From: Eledone cirrhosa
Lineage: Eukaryota
NCBI GenBank assembly: GCA_964016885.1
Contig: OZ024741.1
Location: 332,754,001-332,818,000 of the forward strand
Direction: 5' to 3'
Length of the DNA stretch: 64,000 nt
The notes beneath the pieces were generated by a model. That model did not search any database. It was not told where the DNA came from and saw only the letters and a program-made list of their open reading frames with translations. Both the position numbers and the translations under genes were made by a program. This document shows positions 1-12,109 of the stretch, piece after piece. Every line of letters begins with the position of its first letter. Position 1 is the stretch's first letter.

Positions 1-380
1 GAAATAATATCAACCATCCTCTGGACCACATCCCTACTCACTATTAACATGGCAGAGTTGTCTACCTGCAGGAACAAGCCTTGCTAGTTGGAATGAATAT
101 TCCAACGTTTTCACCCTTGCCTTCCTCTGGGGCAACATCATCACCTTTGCCATTCCCTGGGACCTCATCTTCTCCCTTGGACAACGTTTTCTTTATTTTG
201 TCCACTGGTAATACGAGGAGGCACACCCATGGACTCCCACACACCAGAGAATGCTTCCTCACTCTGTCTGAGCATGCATCACTGGGGAAGCAATGCTGAG
301 TCAGTCAACAGTAAAACAAAAACTGTCTGTTTATAAATATATAAAAATATACTCAATCATTGGATTTATATTCAAATGTA

Positions 381-568
381 CAGTGAAATTCCATTATAAC
401 GAAATTTACGGGGTATAAAAATAAATTTCTTGTAACGAAAAATACTTTATAATAAGATCTACGGAAATAAATCTAGTGTTTGTTTGTTACTACTTTGGGG
501 ATTGAAAAAAATGTTGTTATACTGAAAAACTTGTTATAATGGTATTTGTTATAACGGAATTTTACCTG
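381..568. mobile_element. pogo/Tigger-type MITE
   Basis: Left end TA|CAGTGAAATTCCATTATAACGAA and right end TTGTTATAACGGAATTTTACCTG are imperfect inverted repeats of the Tigger/pogo style; internal TTATAAC repeats; no ORF. Confidence 0.6.
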
Positions 569-879
569 TTGTTCAAAATGAACCAATGGATGGTGAAACT
601 GTCATGCATATTTAGGATGCATTTTAAGAATAATATTGACCCCAGTATTTCACTAGAAAAAAAAAGGAAACAAAAAGAAAACAAAATAAAAACAAGGTAA
701 AGTGTCCTAAACTTCTGATGGGGTTGTAGCAGCACTGTCCTAACACACAACCTGTCTTGGGCATTTTTTGAAAACCTAGCAGAGCTCCTTTCTCTGTAGG
801 TTGGAACATAATTGATTTCTTCGTGGGAAGAAAGAGAGAGAAAAAGTGATAAAGAGAGAAGAGAGATGGGAGATGAGAG

Positions 880-1190
880 ACCTTGACTCCAGTACTGGGC
901 TGGTACTTCATCTATCGGCCTTGAAAGGAAGAAATGAAAAGTTGACCTTGATTGGGTTTGAACACAGAATGCAGTGAGCCAGAACAAATACCAAGGGATT
1001 TTTAATCTGATGCCTTAACAACTCTGACAATTTGCTGCCTTAATTTGCTGCTATTTATTTTATTCTATCAACCTCAGAAGAATAAAAGTCAGAGTTGACC
1101 TTTGCAGGGTTTGAACTCAGATTGTAAAGGGATGTAACTAAATACTGTAAACCATTTTGTATGACCCTTCTTCTACAGGTTCTGCCACCC
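880..1190 (-). mobile_element. Two decayed copies of the Nin-domain-like tRNA SINE family
   Basis: Contain 'ggtacttcatctatcggccttgaaaggaagaaatgaaaagttgacct...gggtttgaac' and 'ttttattctatcaacctcagaagaataaaagtcagagttgacct...tttgaactcag', matching the intact copy at 20202-20387. Confidence 0.6.
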
Positions 1191-2118
1191 CCACATTATA
1201 ATATGCATGAGTGTGTTTGTATGTTTGTGTGTGATTGTGAATGTGTTTGTATGTGATGTTTTCAGACAAGTCTCAGTGTTTTTGTGTATGCTGTTTGTGC
1301 ATATGTAAAAGAGAGAGAGTGTGTGTGCATGTGTGTAATTGAGCATGTGTGTGTATTAATGCATAGTGTGTGTGGGGTGGGTGGGGGGTGGGGGTCCTCT
1401 AGGCTTATAAGTATTTCTGACCTCCTCTTTCATCCCACTACAGCAAAAACAATTGACAGGTCCCCAGTCCCTGCAGGGTATCTAGGCTTCAGCTTAGCCA
1501 GCCTTATTAATAATACAGCCCAAGGAAGAGAATCTATGTTGTTTGTGCATGTGTGAAAGAGGGTGTATATGTGTTTGTGTGCATGCAACAGAGAGAGAAT
1601 GTGTGTATGTGTGTTAAAGAAAGAGAGAGAGTGTGTGTGTGCACATGTGTGAGAGAATGTGTATGATTGAGAGAATGTGTGCCTGTGTGAGAAAGAGTAT
1701 GTATATGTGTTTTAGAGTGAGAGAGAAAGAGAAAGGAAAAGCAGTAAATAACCTTCCTGTTTATTAAACAGGTGTAAGGCAGTGGACAAAAATACCTTGT
1801 GGTATTTGTTCCAGACATTTAAGTTCTATGTTCAAATCTCAATGAAGTCAACTTTGCTGTACTTTCTTCCAGAGTCGGTTAAGTCTTGTACTTCTTCTTC
1901 TTGGGATGGTTGCGGAGGCATAGTCTTCAAGCATGCCATCCTGTAGGTCCTGTCAGAAGCAATCATCCCCAATTTATCCAGCTAGATCTCTAAGCAAGAC
2001 CAGCACATGAATGTTATCCAACCAACCTTCTCAGTGTTTCCTTGGTCAGACTGAGAAAGCATTGATAGAAGTGCGGAGGCGTAGAATAAAATAAAATTCC
2101 CACTAAAGTCTAGATTAA

Positions 2119-2339
2119 CCCCTTAGCATTTAAACCAACCACATCTGGCCAGAATTCTGCAACCTCTTTCTGCTCAAACCAGACATAACTGGCCACTCAT
2201 ACTGATGTTAAGGTATTATTCTCAAAATAAATAACATCAAAATCTCATAGATTCGATATTATGTGAGATACTTATGTAAGATAAAGTCTTCACCACAAAA
2301 ATACAATAGTAAATATAGAGTAATGTAAATGCTAAAGGG
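2119..2339. mobile_element. piggyBac-type MITE (about 220 bp), copy 1
   Basis: TTAA on both sides; TIRs CCCCTTAGCATTTA / TAAATGCTAAAGGG; homologous copies at 39568, 43729 and 52809. Confidence 0.85.
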
Positions 2340-2370
2340 TTAATAGAACCAGGTATAACCAGATACAACC

Positions 2371-2414
<44 letters not shown>

Positions 2415-2984
2415 TTGATTAATTTAATTTGACAATTCCATTGATTGGTTAATTATTTAAGTTTGTTTAATAACGGTCTGGTTGAGTGCTTAATTCAGTT
2501 TGTGTATGGAATTTTTTCCATTGCTCATAATTTGAATTTGACCGCCATAAACCGGGGTTACCTCCCTTTGGAGTAACATGTGCTATCACATGAAATCCTG
2601 TTGAGAAAGTAAGTCCTCTGTTCGATCTTCCAGAAACCTAACTTGTATACACCACAAGCGGATTTAGTTGATTTCGGATTTACAGAAACCTTACTTAGAT
2701 ATTCAATAATTTCGAAGTGATGGTCCAGGTTTGTTATATATACAGATATGTATGTATCTGTGTGTATGTATTTTTTTCTCACTAGTCAGTTCTTTCGTTG
2801 TTACAGATCACGTGGCTGAATTAGCGGTCGCTATCTTCAATTTGCAAAGCCCTTTAAACTGTATGTTATTACTCTGAGGTTTATACCTTGTTGAGTGCTT
2901 GGCTGTACTGCTGAAGGCATCCGTTGACTTAGCTGCTGCTCGAACTTATGCTGTACTTTCATTTGTATATATATATATATATAT

Positions 2985-3375
2985 AACCAGATATAGCCAT
3001 ATACAACCAGATACAACCAGATATAGCCAGATATAGGCATATGTAATCAGATAGAACCAGATATAGCCATATACAACCAGATACAACCAGATATAGCCAG
3101 ATATAGGCATGTGTAATCAGATAGAACCAGATATAGCCATATACAACCAGATATAACCAGATATAGCCAGACATAGGCATATATAATCAGATAGAACCAG
3201 GTATAACCAAACACAACCAGTTGTAACAAGATAGAACCAGGCATAACCAGATACAACAGATACAACCAGATATAACCAGATACAACCAGATATAGCCAGA
3301 TTTAGTCAAATACAACCAGATATAGCCAGATATAACTAAATAGAGCCAGATATACCCAGTTACAACCTGATATAA
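2985..3375. repeat. 10-bp tandem satellite (CCAGATATAG/CCAGATACAA) with a 70-bp higher-order period
   Basis: Decamer repeated directly; the 7-decamer block ending in 'taatcag' recurs about three times; the same decamers also occur at 2344-2372. Confidence 0.9.
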
Positions 3376-3694
3376 GTAGATTGTTATATTAACATTGTCA
3401 CCATTATAAAGTATAAGGCTGCTTTGATTTCTATTTGTTGCCTTCAAAAGAGAGACCTTTCCAATTCATGATAGACCAACAGTTCATGTCAAGGAGACCT
3501 TGTATACTTCAAAGTAGAATTGAATCACAGTTTAAAATGTTATTAATCACTTCATTACAATTAGGTTTTGTTTTAGAGTTGACCAAAAAGGTAGATTAAA
3601 CAAAACAGTAGTTTGGTAAATATGTAGTTCTGTTTGGTTATTTTATATGAACAAAGGAGCAAACTAAGATATTTATACATACATACAGTACACA

Positions 3695-3940
3695 TCATCA
3701 TCATCATCATCACCATTTAATGTCCATTTTTCCATGCTAGCATGGGTTAGATGCGTTGTTCAATTGCAAGACAAGCCAGATTAGATGACCATGTCTTGCC
3801 CATAAAGAACTGATTCCGGCTTGGTTTCTACAGCTGGATGCCCTTCCAAACACCAACCATATTTACAGTGTGGACTGGGTGCTTTTTGTCATGACATCTA
3901 CATGACCTCTTTACAGTGTGGGCTGGGTGCCTTTTGTAGT
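3695..3940 (-). mobile_element. RTE-derived non-autonomous repeat with (CAT)n tail
   Basis: (CAT)n, then 'tttaatgtccatttttccatgctagcatggg' and 'tttctacagctggatgcccttcc..caccaacc'. Related copies at about 4360-4660, 22090-22350, 23850-24105, 25880-26168, 33810-33930, 36275-36490 and 53555-53710. Confidence 0.75.
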
Positions 3941-3952
3941 ATATATATATAT

Positions 3953-4093
3953 AAGCACATGGCTTAGTGGTTAGAGCATTGGCCTTGCAATCGAAAGGTT
4001 GTGAGTTCAATTCTCAGACCGGGTGATGTGTTGTTTCCTTGAGCAAGACACTTTATTTCACATTGCTCCAGTTTACTCAGCTGTAGAAATGAG
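3953..4093 (+). mobile_element. tRNA-derived CORE-like SINE
   Basis: A box TGGCTTAGTGG, B box GTTCAATTC, then CCTTGAGCAAGACACTTTATTTCAC resembling the CORE domain; other copies at about 26422, 27755, 50420 (-) and 63133. Confidence 0.8.
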
Positions 4094-5189
4094 ATGATAG
4101 GGACTGGGGTCCCTATCATTCCACTGCAAAGTGGTCGTGGAGGTGCCACGGCAAAAAAGCACCCAGCACTCACTGTAAATGAGGTTGGTGTTAGGAAGGG
4201 CATCCAGCTGTAGAAACCAAGCCAGAATCAGTTCCCGTCCCACCCTTGCAAGCAGGGAAAAGCGGATGTAAAATGATGATGATGATGATGACATCATCAT
4301 CATCATTTAACATCCACTTTCCCAGCTAGCAAATGTCGAACAGGTCTTCACAGAAGAGAAATGAGATAGGTATGAAGTTATGGGTGCATGGCGAGTGTGA
4401 TGATTTGACAGAGTGATAAGTAAGGCTACTGAAGCTAAGTCCGAGTAACTCAAGTGCTGGAGTCACCTCCTCGTGCACTGGTACCATAATAAAATGCTCC
4501 CAGTACATGCTATAAAGTGGTTGGCATTAGGAAGAGCCTTCAACTGTAGGAACCAAACAAAAAATGGAATGGATGGACAAGGTGTGATCATCTGATTGCT
4601 CTAGCCACAGAACCTGACAATCTGTCTAACCCATTCAAGCATGGAAAAATAGATGTTAAATGGAGATAATCAGATATATTTCTATATACACATACAACAC
4701 ACATATATGATGTCCTTTCTTTAGTTAGCCCTTTATCATTTGCCATCATAAGCAAACCAACAAGGTTTTGTCAATAACTACACCCCAATAATCATGGTTA
4801 TATTAATCATAATGAAGATGATCCTGATGATTGACATGGTGATGATGATGAAGATGATGATGATGGTGATGATGATGACAACTGTGGTGATGGTGGTGGT
4901 GGTGATGGTGGTGATGATGGACATGGTGGTGATAATTATGGTTTTTTTTTTATTGTTTTCAAAACTACAAACGTGCAAAAACATGTTCATATATTTATTG
5001 ATATGTGTATAAATTTTATGCATCCCTAAATGCATGTGTGTACATACATACACACACAAACACAAACACAAACATAGATGCAGATATACACATATACACA
5101 CACACACAGGCATACATGCATTTATCATATGTACAAACACAGACATGCACACACACACAGACATGCACATACACATACACTGTTCAGAG

Positions 5190-5693
5190 ATGTGCAACCA
5201 AGCGAATACCTACCATACTCTGAACACCTTGCTTCCCTGGGCATGGATACATTAAAGCTCCAACATCTGGCAATGGACTTGGTAAACACCCACAAAGTTA
5301 TTAACCATCTCGGCAACAACAACCCTGAGCACCTTTTTGATCTTCATATGTTTAACACATGTGGACATGCCTACAAAGTCAGAAAACAGCACAGCTCCCA
5401 TGACTTTCGTAAACATTTTTTCACGCTCAGAGTTGCTGAAGCATGGAACAAACTGCCTGCGTCAGTTGTTAGCTGCCGAGACACTGCATCCTTTAAGACA
5501 CTCATGCTTCCCGAAATTCGCTAAAACTACACCTGATGTCCCCCTTCCATACACATGCATACATGTGTATATCATGACTCATGCACTGTTCATTTTCATG
5601 ACATTTGTACATTAGCCTATGTACTATACATACACTTTTGATGAGTTGTAGTGCACCTGAGCACTGTACACAATATTTTTATTATTATTATTA

Positions 5694-5700
<7 letters not shown>
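5190..5700 (+). mobile_element. CR1-clade LINE 3' fragment
   Basis: Peptide YSEHLASLGMDTL...TCGHAYKV...RKHFFTLRVAEAWNKLPASVV is a typical CR1 ORF2 C-terminus, followed by a 3' UTR and (ATT)n tail. Confidence 0.85.
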
Positions 5701-5751
<51 letters not shown>

Positions 5752-5790
5752 AATAAGAGTGGTTAAAACAGGATTATTTCACCATAATTG

Positions 5791-5832
<42 letters not shown>

Positions 5833-6010
5833 TAAAAAAACGAAAAATCAGTGATGCATCTGGACTCAGTTTATTGCGTGTTACAATTGTTTCGCCGGCA
5901 GGTAGCTCAAGACATGATCACTGTAGGGATCTGGCTGATTCTACGGCTGCAGGTTCCTTCGGACACATGCAATTCTTTCTGAGCAAATTTTATATATATA
6001 TGTATATAGG

Positions 6011-6098
6011 AAAATGTTCAAGACCCCGACGGCAGAGCTCAAGCCGTTTCAACGGCTATTTCTGGACTGAGCTCTGCCGTCGGGGTCTTGAACATTTT
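6011..6098. repeat. Perfect 31-bp-arm hairpin
   Basis: AAAATGTTCAAGACCCCGACGGCAGAGCTCA / TGAGCTCTGCCGTCGGGGTCTTGAACATTTT, with an inner AGCCGTT/AACGGCT stem. Confidence 0.9.
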
Positions 6099-6723
6099 TC
6101 TATTACCCACTCTACTACCCTAAGTATTAAGTACTCTGGTGCATTATGGTCCACCTGGTTCCTTACCACACTTCGTTTTATATATATATATATATACATA
6201 AAATAAGGAAAAGCGAAGTGTTTTCAGATGTTCAAGTCTTTTAATAATAAGGCTGTGATATATATTTCAATTGCGACAGTGGCCACACAGTTCCGTGCGC
6301 CAGTGTCGCGACACCGTGAAACCATGATACATAGAATTAAGTATATTTTCTCTTAGAGGTTGATGGTCAATTATACTGTCCATGCTTAATGAGAGGTAGT
6401 ATTCAGACCTGTAGATACTCACACTCTCCAATCCCCACTGGCTTTCGGCTGACTGCCACAGACGGGGTGGGTAGCAGTAAACTATATATTACAGGCCTGA
6501 ATGGATCATTGTTTGGCTTAGAGGGGGAACTGACTAAGCGAATTTCGTTGAAATCTGCGGTAGCTAATGGTCAACTTCCTTCGGACCTGCACCTGTGCAG
6601 ACCGGTGGGGGTGAATTGGTACTCACAGGGGAATGGATGAAGAACCCAAGAGCACACACTTTGTCCGTTCCCATGTCGATTCAATTTGGATTGCCTCGGA
6701 AACATAACCTTATTATGTAACAA

Positions 6724-6797
6724 GCTGTCTGATGATGTCACGACACTGGTGCATGGAACAGTGTGGCCACTGTCGCCATTGAAATATATATCACAGC
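6724..6797 (+). ncRNA. Type I minimal hammerhead ribozyme motif
   Basis: GCTGT-CTGATGA-[stem II CGACA...TGTCG]-GAAA-TATATA-TC-ACAGC. Stem I GCTGT/ACAGC is perfectly complementary and stem III is palindromic. Confidence 0.75.
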
Positions 6798-6939
6798 ATT
6801 ATTATTAAAAGACTTGAACATCTGAAAATACTTCGCTTTTCCTTATTCGATATTTACTCCGTCACTCCTATGTGGAATAAGTACGTTGAGTGCTTGAATT
6901 GAATTGCATCAATGTTTACCCTAAGTATATATATATAGA

Positions 6940-6973
<34 letters not shown>

Positions 6974-6992
6974 GATATATATGTGTGTGTGT

Positions 6993-9900
6993 GATCATCA
7001 TCATCATCATCATTTTATGTCTGCTTTTCCCTGCTTGCAAGGGTGGGATGGGTCTTATTCAGCACAGCATCTCTCCACTTGTCACGATCCTTCGTCATCT
7101 CCACCATGAGCTTCAGCGATCTGAGGTCTGTTCTCACCACCTCCACCCATGTTTTCCATGGTCTACCTCTACCACATCTTCCTTCAACTGGCATTTCCTT
7201 GCACTTCTTTACCCATCGGTCATCCTCCATGCACATCACATGTCCATACCACCTCAGTTTCCTCTCTCGCACACTACATTCTATCCCTCTCAGACACAGT
7301 TTCTCTCTCAACACATTCATGCTGGGTCGTTCACGCACATTGACATTGCACATCTAACGGAGCATGTTTGCCTCATTTCTCTCCAGCCATCGCATATCCT
7401 CTGCAGTTGCTGCCCATGACTCACTACCATGCAGCATCGCGCTCCTCACACAGACATCATATAACCGGCCTTTCGTACGGAGGGAGAAACCCTTCTTTGT
7501 TAGCAGAGGAAGCAGCTCCCTAAACTTCTTCCAACCCATCTTTATTCTAGACACTATGGCCTCGGAACCCCCCCCCCCCCCCCCCCCTCCCATGCTAATC
7601 TGATCTCCCAGGTACCGGAAACTATCCTTCACTTCTATAGCACCCGCCTGCATTTGAAAAATGTGTCTATCAATATGACTTCTACTGTCTAATTTCCCTG
7701 TACATCTACTGCATACGTATTTCTCCCTACCTGTTTGTTTGCCTGCTATCCCACTACATCTCTTGTGTACCCAGAATATGCATTGGGTGCATTTTATAGA
7801 ATTTATGCCAGTTCCTTTTCTGCATATCGAACATGGCCATTTCCTTGACGGAATCAGAGTTTTGTCCTCTTTTCTACTTATCAACACTTTTGTCTTAACT
7901 ATGTTCACTCTCAGTCCTCTTGCTTCCAACTGCTGTTTCCATAGCCAGAACTTTTTCTCTAGCTCCTCTACTGATTCTGCTACAAGAACCAGATCATCAG
8001 CATAGAGAAGTTCCCATGGACAGCCAGTCTTAAACTCCTGTATTATGGCTTGGAGGACTATAATGAACAAGAGCGGGCTGAGGACTGAACCTTGATGTAC
8101 TCCTACTTGTATCTGGAAATCCTCACTAAACTCCATTCCTACCCTGACTTTACTGACAGTACCTCTGTACATAGCTTGCACTGTCATCACAAGCCATTCC
8201 TCTACACCTAGTTTCCTTAGGGACCACCAGATACAAAGTGGGGTACCTTATCAAACGCCTTCTCTAGGTCAATAAGTATAGTGGCTTATTATTCTCTAAG
8301 AACCTCTCTTGTAATTGTCTCACCAAGAAGAGGACATCTGTTGTACTCTTCCCAGGCACAAAACCAAACTGCATCTCATCTAGTTTGAACCTTTCTCTAA
8401 TTAGTTGCGCTAATATCCTTTCTGCCACTTTCATGACCTGATCCATCAGTTTTATGCCCTATAATTGCTCCTCTCCAGAGCATTGCCTTTACCTTTGTAG
8501 CAATTTATGAGAATAATGCTTCACCAGTTTTGGGTATGACACCACCATATATAGCCTGATTGAGGATGTGTGCAACTAGTTTAGTGCCTACATCCCCTGA
8601 TGCCTTCAGCATCTCAGCAACTATCCCTGATGGTTCAGCAGCCTTACCATTTTTCATTTCATTAATTGCATCTTGGACCCTATATTCGTCAATCTCAATA
8701 GCTGGTCCCTCTGTCGGATCTACTGAGGGTAATTCTCTCTCTCCCATTCGTTCTCCACATACATCAGTCTCTCATAATGACATTTCCAGGCCTCCTTTTT
8801 CTGATCATTCGTGACACTAAGTACACTTGCATCATTCCGGACACATTTATCTCCAACAACATCCTGATTTGCATTGACACACTGCCTTGCAATGTGGAAC
8901 ACTGCACGCCTCTGTTCTTCCTGTCGCAGAACATTGGCAAACCTCCTACTCTCAGCCTCCCCGCGTGCTAAGTACACCTGACATCTAGCTTCTCTCTTAG
9001 CGGCTGTATATCCTTCTCTACTCCCACCCTTTTTCCAAGCATTCCATGCTAGTCTTTTGTCTCTAATGGCCTTATCTACTGTGCTGTTCCACCACCAAGT
9101 CACTCTCTGTCTGGTTGGAGCTTTGCTCCAGCCACAAGTTTCATCAGTAGCCTGCAGTAAGTTGTCACATAAGAAATTCCAGTTATTATCTATGTCATAC
9201 GTTTCTAAATCGTCTTCTCTTTCGTCATACACATATTGAAGGGCTTTCCTAAATTTGTATTTTAGTGAAAGGCCCTTTAGCTTCCAGACCTTTCTTCTCC
9301 ACACCTTCCTGTATGTCTCATTCCATCTCTTGCTTACTGAGATATCACTAACGACTAACCTATGCTGTGGGGTACATTCTTCCTCAGGGTATGCCTTGGT
9401 ATTAGACACCAGCTGCCTGTCCCACTAGTAAGAAGTCAATGTGGCTTATGTGCTCGCCTGATTTGTAGGCTATTAGGTGGTTGGCAGGTTTCTGGAAGTT
9501 AGTGTTGCAAATAGTCAGTGTACTTGCATCACAAAATTCAAGAAGTCTCACTCCTTCTTCATTTCTTGAGCCCTAACCGTGCCCACCATGTACCCCAGTG
9601 TAACCATCCTGGAGCTGTCCAACATGACCATTGAAGTCCCCTGCTAGCATAACGATGTCTCTGTCCTCTGTCATTGTGGTTGTTTGTAAAAGTTGCTCAT
9701 AAAAGCAGTCTTTCTCTTCTTTGCCTAGGCCTGCTTGGGGAACATAAGCAGAGATGATTGTCAGTAGTCTGCTGCCTACAACTAATCTAAGCTTAATTAT
9801 TTGATTACTAACTTGAACTACCTCTATTGTCTTATTGATCCATCTCTCAGCCAGGAAAATGCCTACTCCCCCTAACCCATCATCCTTACCTACCCAGAAA

Positions 9901-10260
9901 AGCTTATAGCTAAGATGTTTGCCTGCGACTAGTCTCGCAGAGGCACCTCTCCATCTCACCTCTTGCACGCATCACACATCCACATGCCTTCTCTCCAGCA
10001 TCTCCGCTATTTCAGCAGGTCTACCTCTGAGAGTGCCAACATTAAGTGTTGCAACTCTGAGATGTGACGTCTTCATATTTTGTTGTTCCTATATACTTGT
10101 TGCTGTGTTCATAATCGTTTTGGCATTGATACACTGGTTGGATGCCCTTCCTAACACCAGTGCCACTTTACAGCATGGACTGGGTGCTTTTATTTGTGTC
10201 ACCAGCACTAGAGATGATGTCTTACTGGACTCATGGGCCCTCTCTACCCCTCCATTTTAT
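6993..10260 (-). mobile_element. Near full-length decayed RTE-clade LINE, family A (APE, RT, PHD-like insert)
   Basis: ATG at 10076 (MKTSHLRVATLNVGTL); APE motifs QEVRW, ISAYVPQ, AGDFNGHVG; RT motifs QFGFVPGKSTTD, GVHQGSVLSPLLF, LLYADD; C-terminal LRWYGHVM...RGRP; (GAT)n tail; several frameshifts and stops. Confidence 0.95.
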
Positions 10261-10429
10261 AGCATGGTCATAAAAAAAAAACACTTATTGATATTCATGG
10301 CACACACACACTCACTCACACACCAACACTCATGCATACAAACACACACGCCACTCACACACCAACACTCATGCATACAAACATATACACACCACTCACA
10401 CACACACGCATACATATATATATATATTA

Positions 10430-10572
10430 CCGTCAGTACTGATACGTCAAGCAACTTGAGGACGATACTGGATGCACTGCGGAAGAACTGGCAAACGCTA
10501 TGAGAGACAGAGATGGATGGAGGAAGTGTGTCGTAGAAAGCCGAGCAAGCTCGACCTGATGATAATGACTGA
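10430..10572 (+). mobile_element. RTE/RTEX-like LINE extreme 3' fragment
   Basis: Reads YVKQLEDDTGCTAEELANAMRDRDGWRKCVVESRASST* followed by a TGA-rich tail. Confidence 0.6.
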
Positions 10573-12109
10573 TACAAAATCAAAATCATGTCAACTGCTG
10601 ACTTTTCCAGTTCAGTTTTTATATAATAATAATTGATTGCTTTACAATAAAGAGCAATGACTCTCCACTCTCTGGGCCCCAAAAACAAGGCACCAGCAAT
10701 GCGCTGGGACAATCGCTGCCCCGTGCCAAGAACAGAATAGTTATTTAGTATTATTATTATAGTTGTTTTTAAGGCCTGATCGCTGGTGATGGTGGTAGAT
10801 GGTGTCAGTGATGGTGATGGTGGTGGTGGTGGATGTGCCAGTGATGGTGCCAGTGATGGTGGTGGTGGTGGTTGTGGTGGTGGATGGTGTCAGTGATGGT
10901 GGTGGTGGTGGATGATGTCAGTGATGGTGGTGGCAGTTGTTGTTGTTGTTGTTGTTGCTGCTGTTGCTGCTGTTGTTGTTGTTCATTTCACTGATGCTGT
11001 TGCTGCAGACAATGGTGTTGTTGCTGTTGTTGTTGTTGCTGTCGCTGTTGTTGTAGTTGGTGTTGTTGTTGTAGTTGTTGTTGCTGTGTTGAAATCTGGT
11101 CGCATCGACTGAGATATATATATATATATATATACATGTGTATATATACACACACACACACACACACATACACACATACATATATATATATATACATATA
11201 TATAATATATATATATACATACATACATATATATATATATAGACGTGTGTGTGTGTGTGTATATATATAGACACACACATACACATATACATGAATATGT
11301 GTGTTTGTGAAAACTTATAAAGATAACTATACCCCAACATACATGAACACTTATATATACATATATAACCATGATATCTATGTATTTTAAATATCTTTCT
11401 TAACAATTTACAATGGAACTTGATAAATAATCATAGTATATCCTAATTGTTCTATCCACTTATCTTGTTAATTACTTTAATGAAAATACATCTTTGCAGC
11501 TACAACTCTTATTTAATCTTACTATCTGTGATAATGAGAAAAATAGAATATGAAATGCATCATCCATTATTCCATATCCCAAAGACAAACGGATATTATA
11601 TGTACTACTAATTACAGATGATGATGATGATGATGATGATAATAATAGTGATGATGGTGATGGTGGTGGAGATGATGATAGTGATGATGGTGATGGTGGT
11701 GGTGGTGGTGCTGCTCACACTACTGCTGATGATGATCATAATAGAGGAGGTGGTGGAGGTGGTGGTGATGGTGGTGACGATAATGATAATGCTAGTGATG
11801 ATGGTGGGGGTGGTGTTGATGACACTACTGCTGCTGATGATCATAATGTAGGAGGTGGTGTTGTTGTTGTTGGTGGTGGTGGTGCAGTTGATGGTGATGA
11901 TAATGATAGTGATGATGATGATGATGACGGTGGTGGTGGTAGTTATGATGACGACAACGATAGTGATGATGATGATGACACCAATAATGATGGTGTTGAT
12001 GACACTACTATTGGTGATGGTCATGAAAGCAATGAGGAGGATGTTGTTGTTGATGCTGGAGGCTGACAATTATAATGATGGTGGATAATAATATTGTTGC
12101 TTCTATATA

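Noticed and set aside
62-299. Short ORFs on both strands in complex sequence at the window start
   Set aside because: No recognisable domain and no convincing splice signals; cannot be called a gene.
2837-3447. GYIWLYL-repeat ORFs
   Set aside because: Translations of the 10-bp satellite.
3953-4030. Possible tRNA genes (also 50660-50735 and 63133-63210)
   Set aside because: The tRNA-like heads run into shared SINE bodies and lack a convincing full cloverleaf.
10780-12090. Poly-V/M/T/Q ORFs
   Set aside because: Trinucleotide and dinucleotide microsatellite translations.
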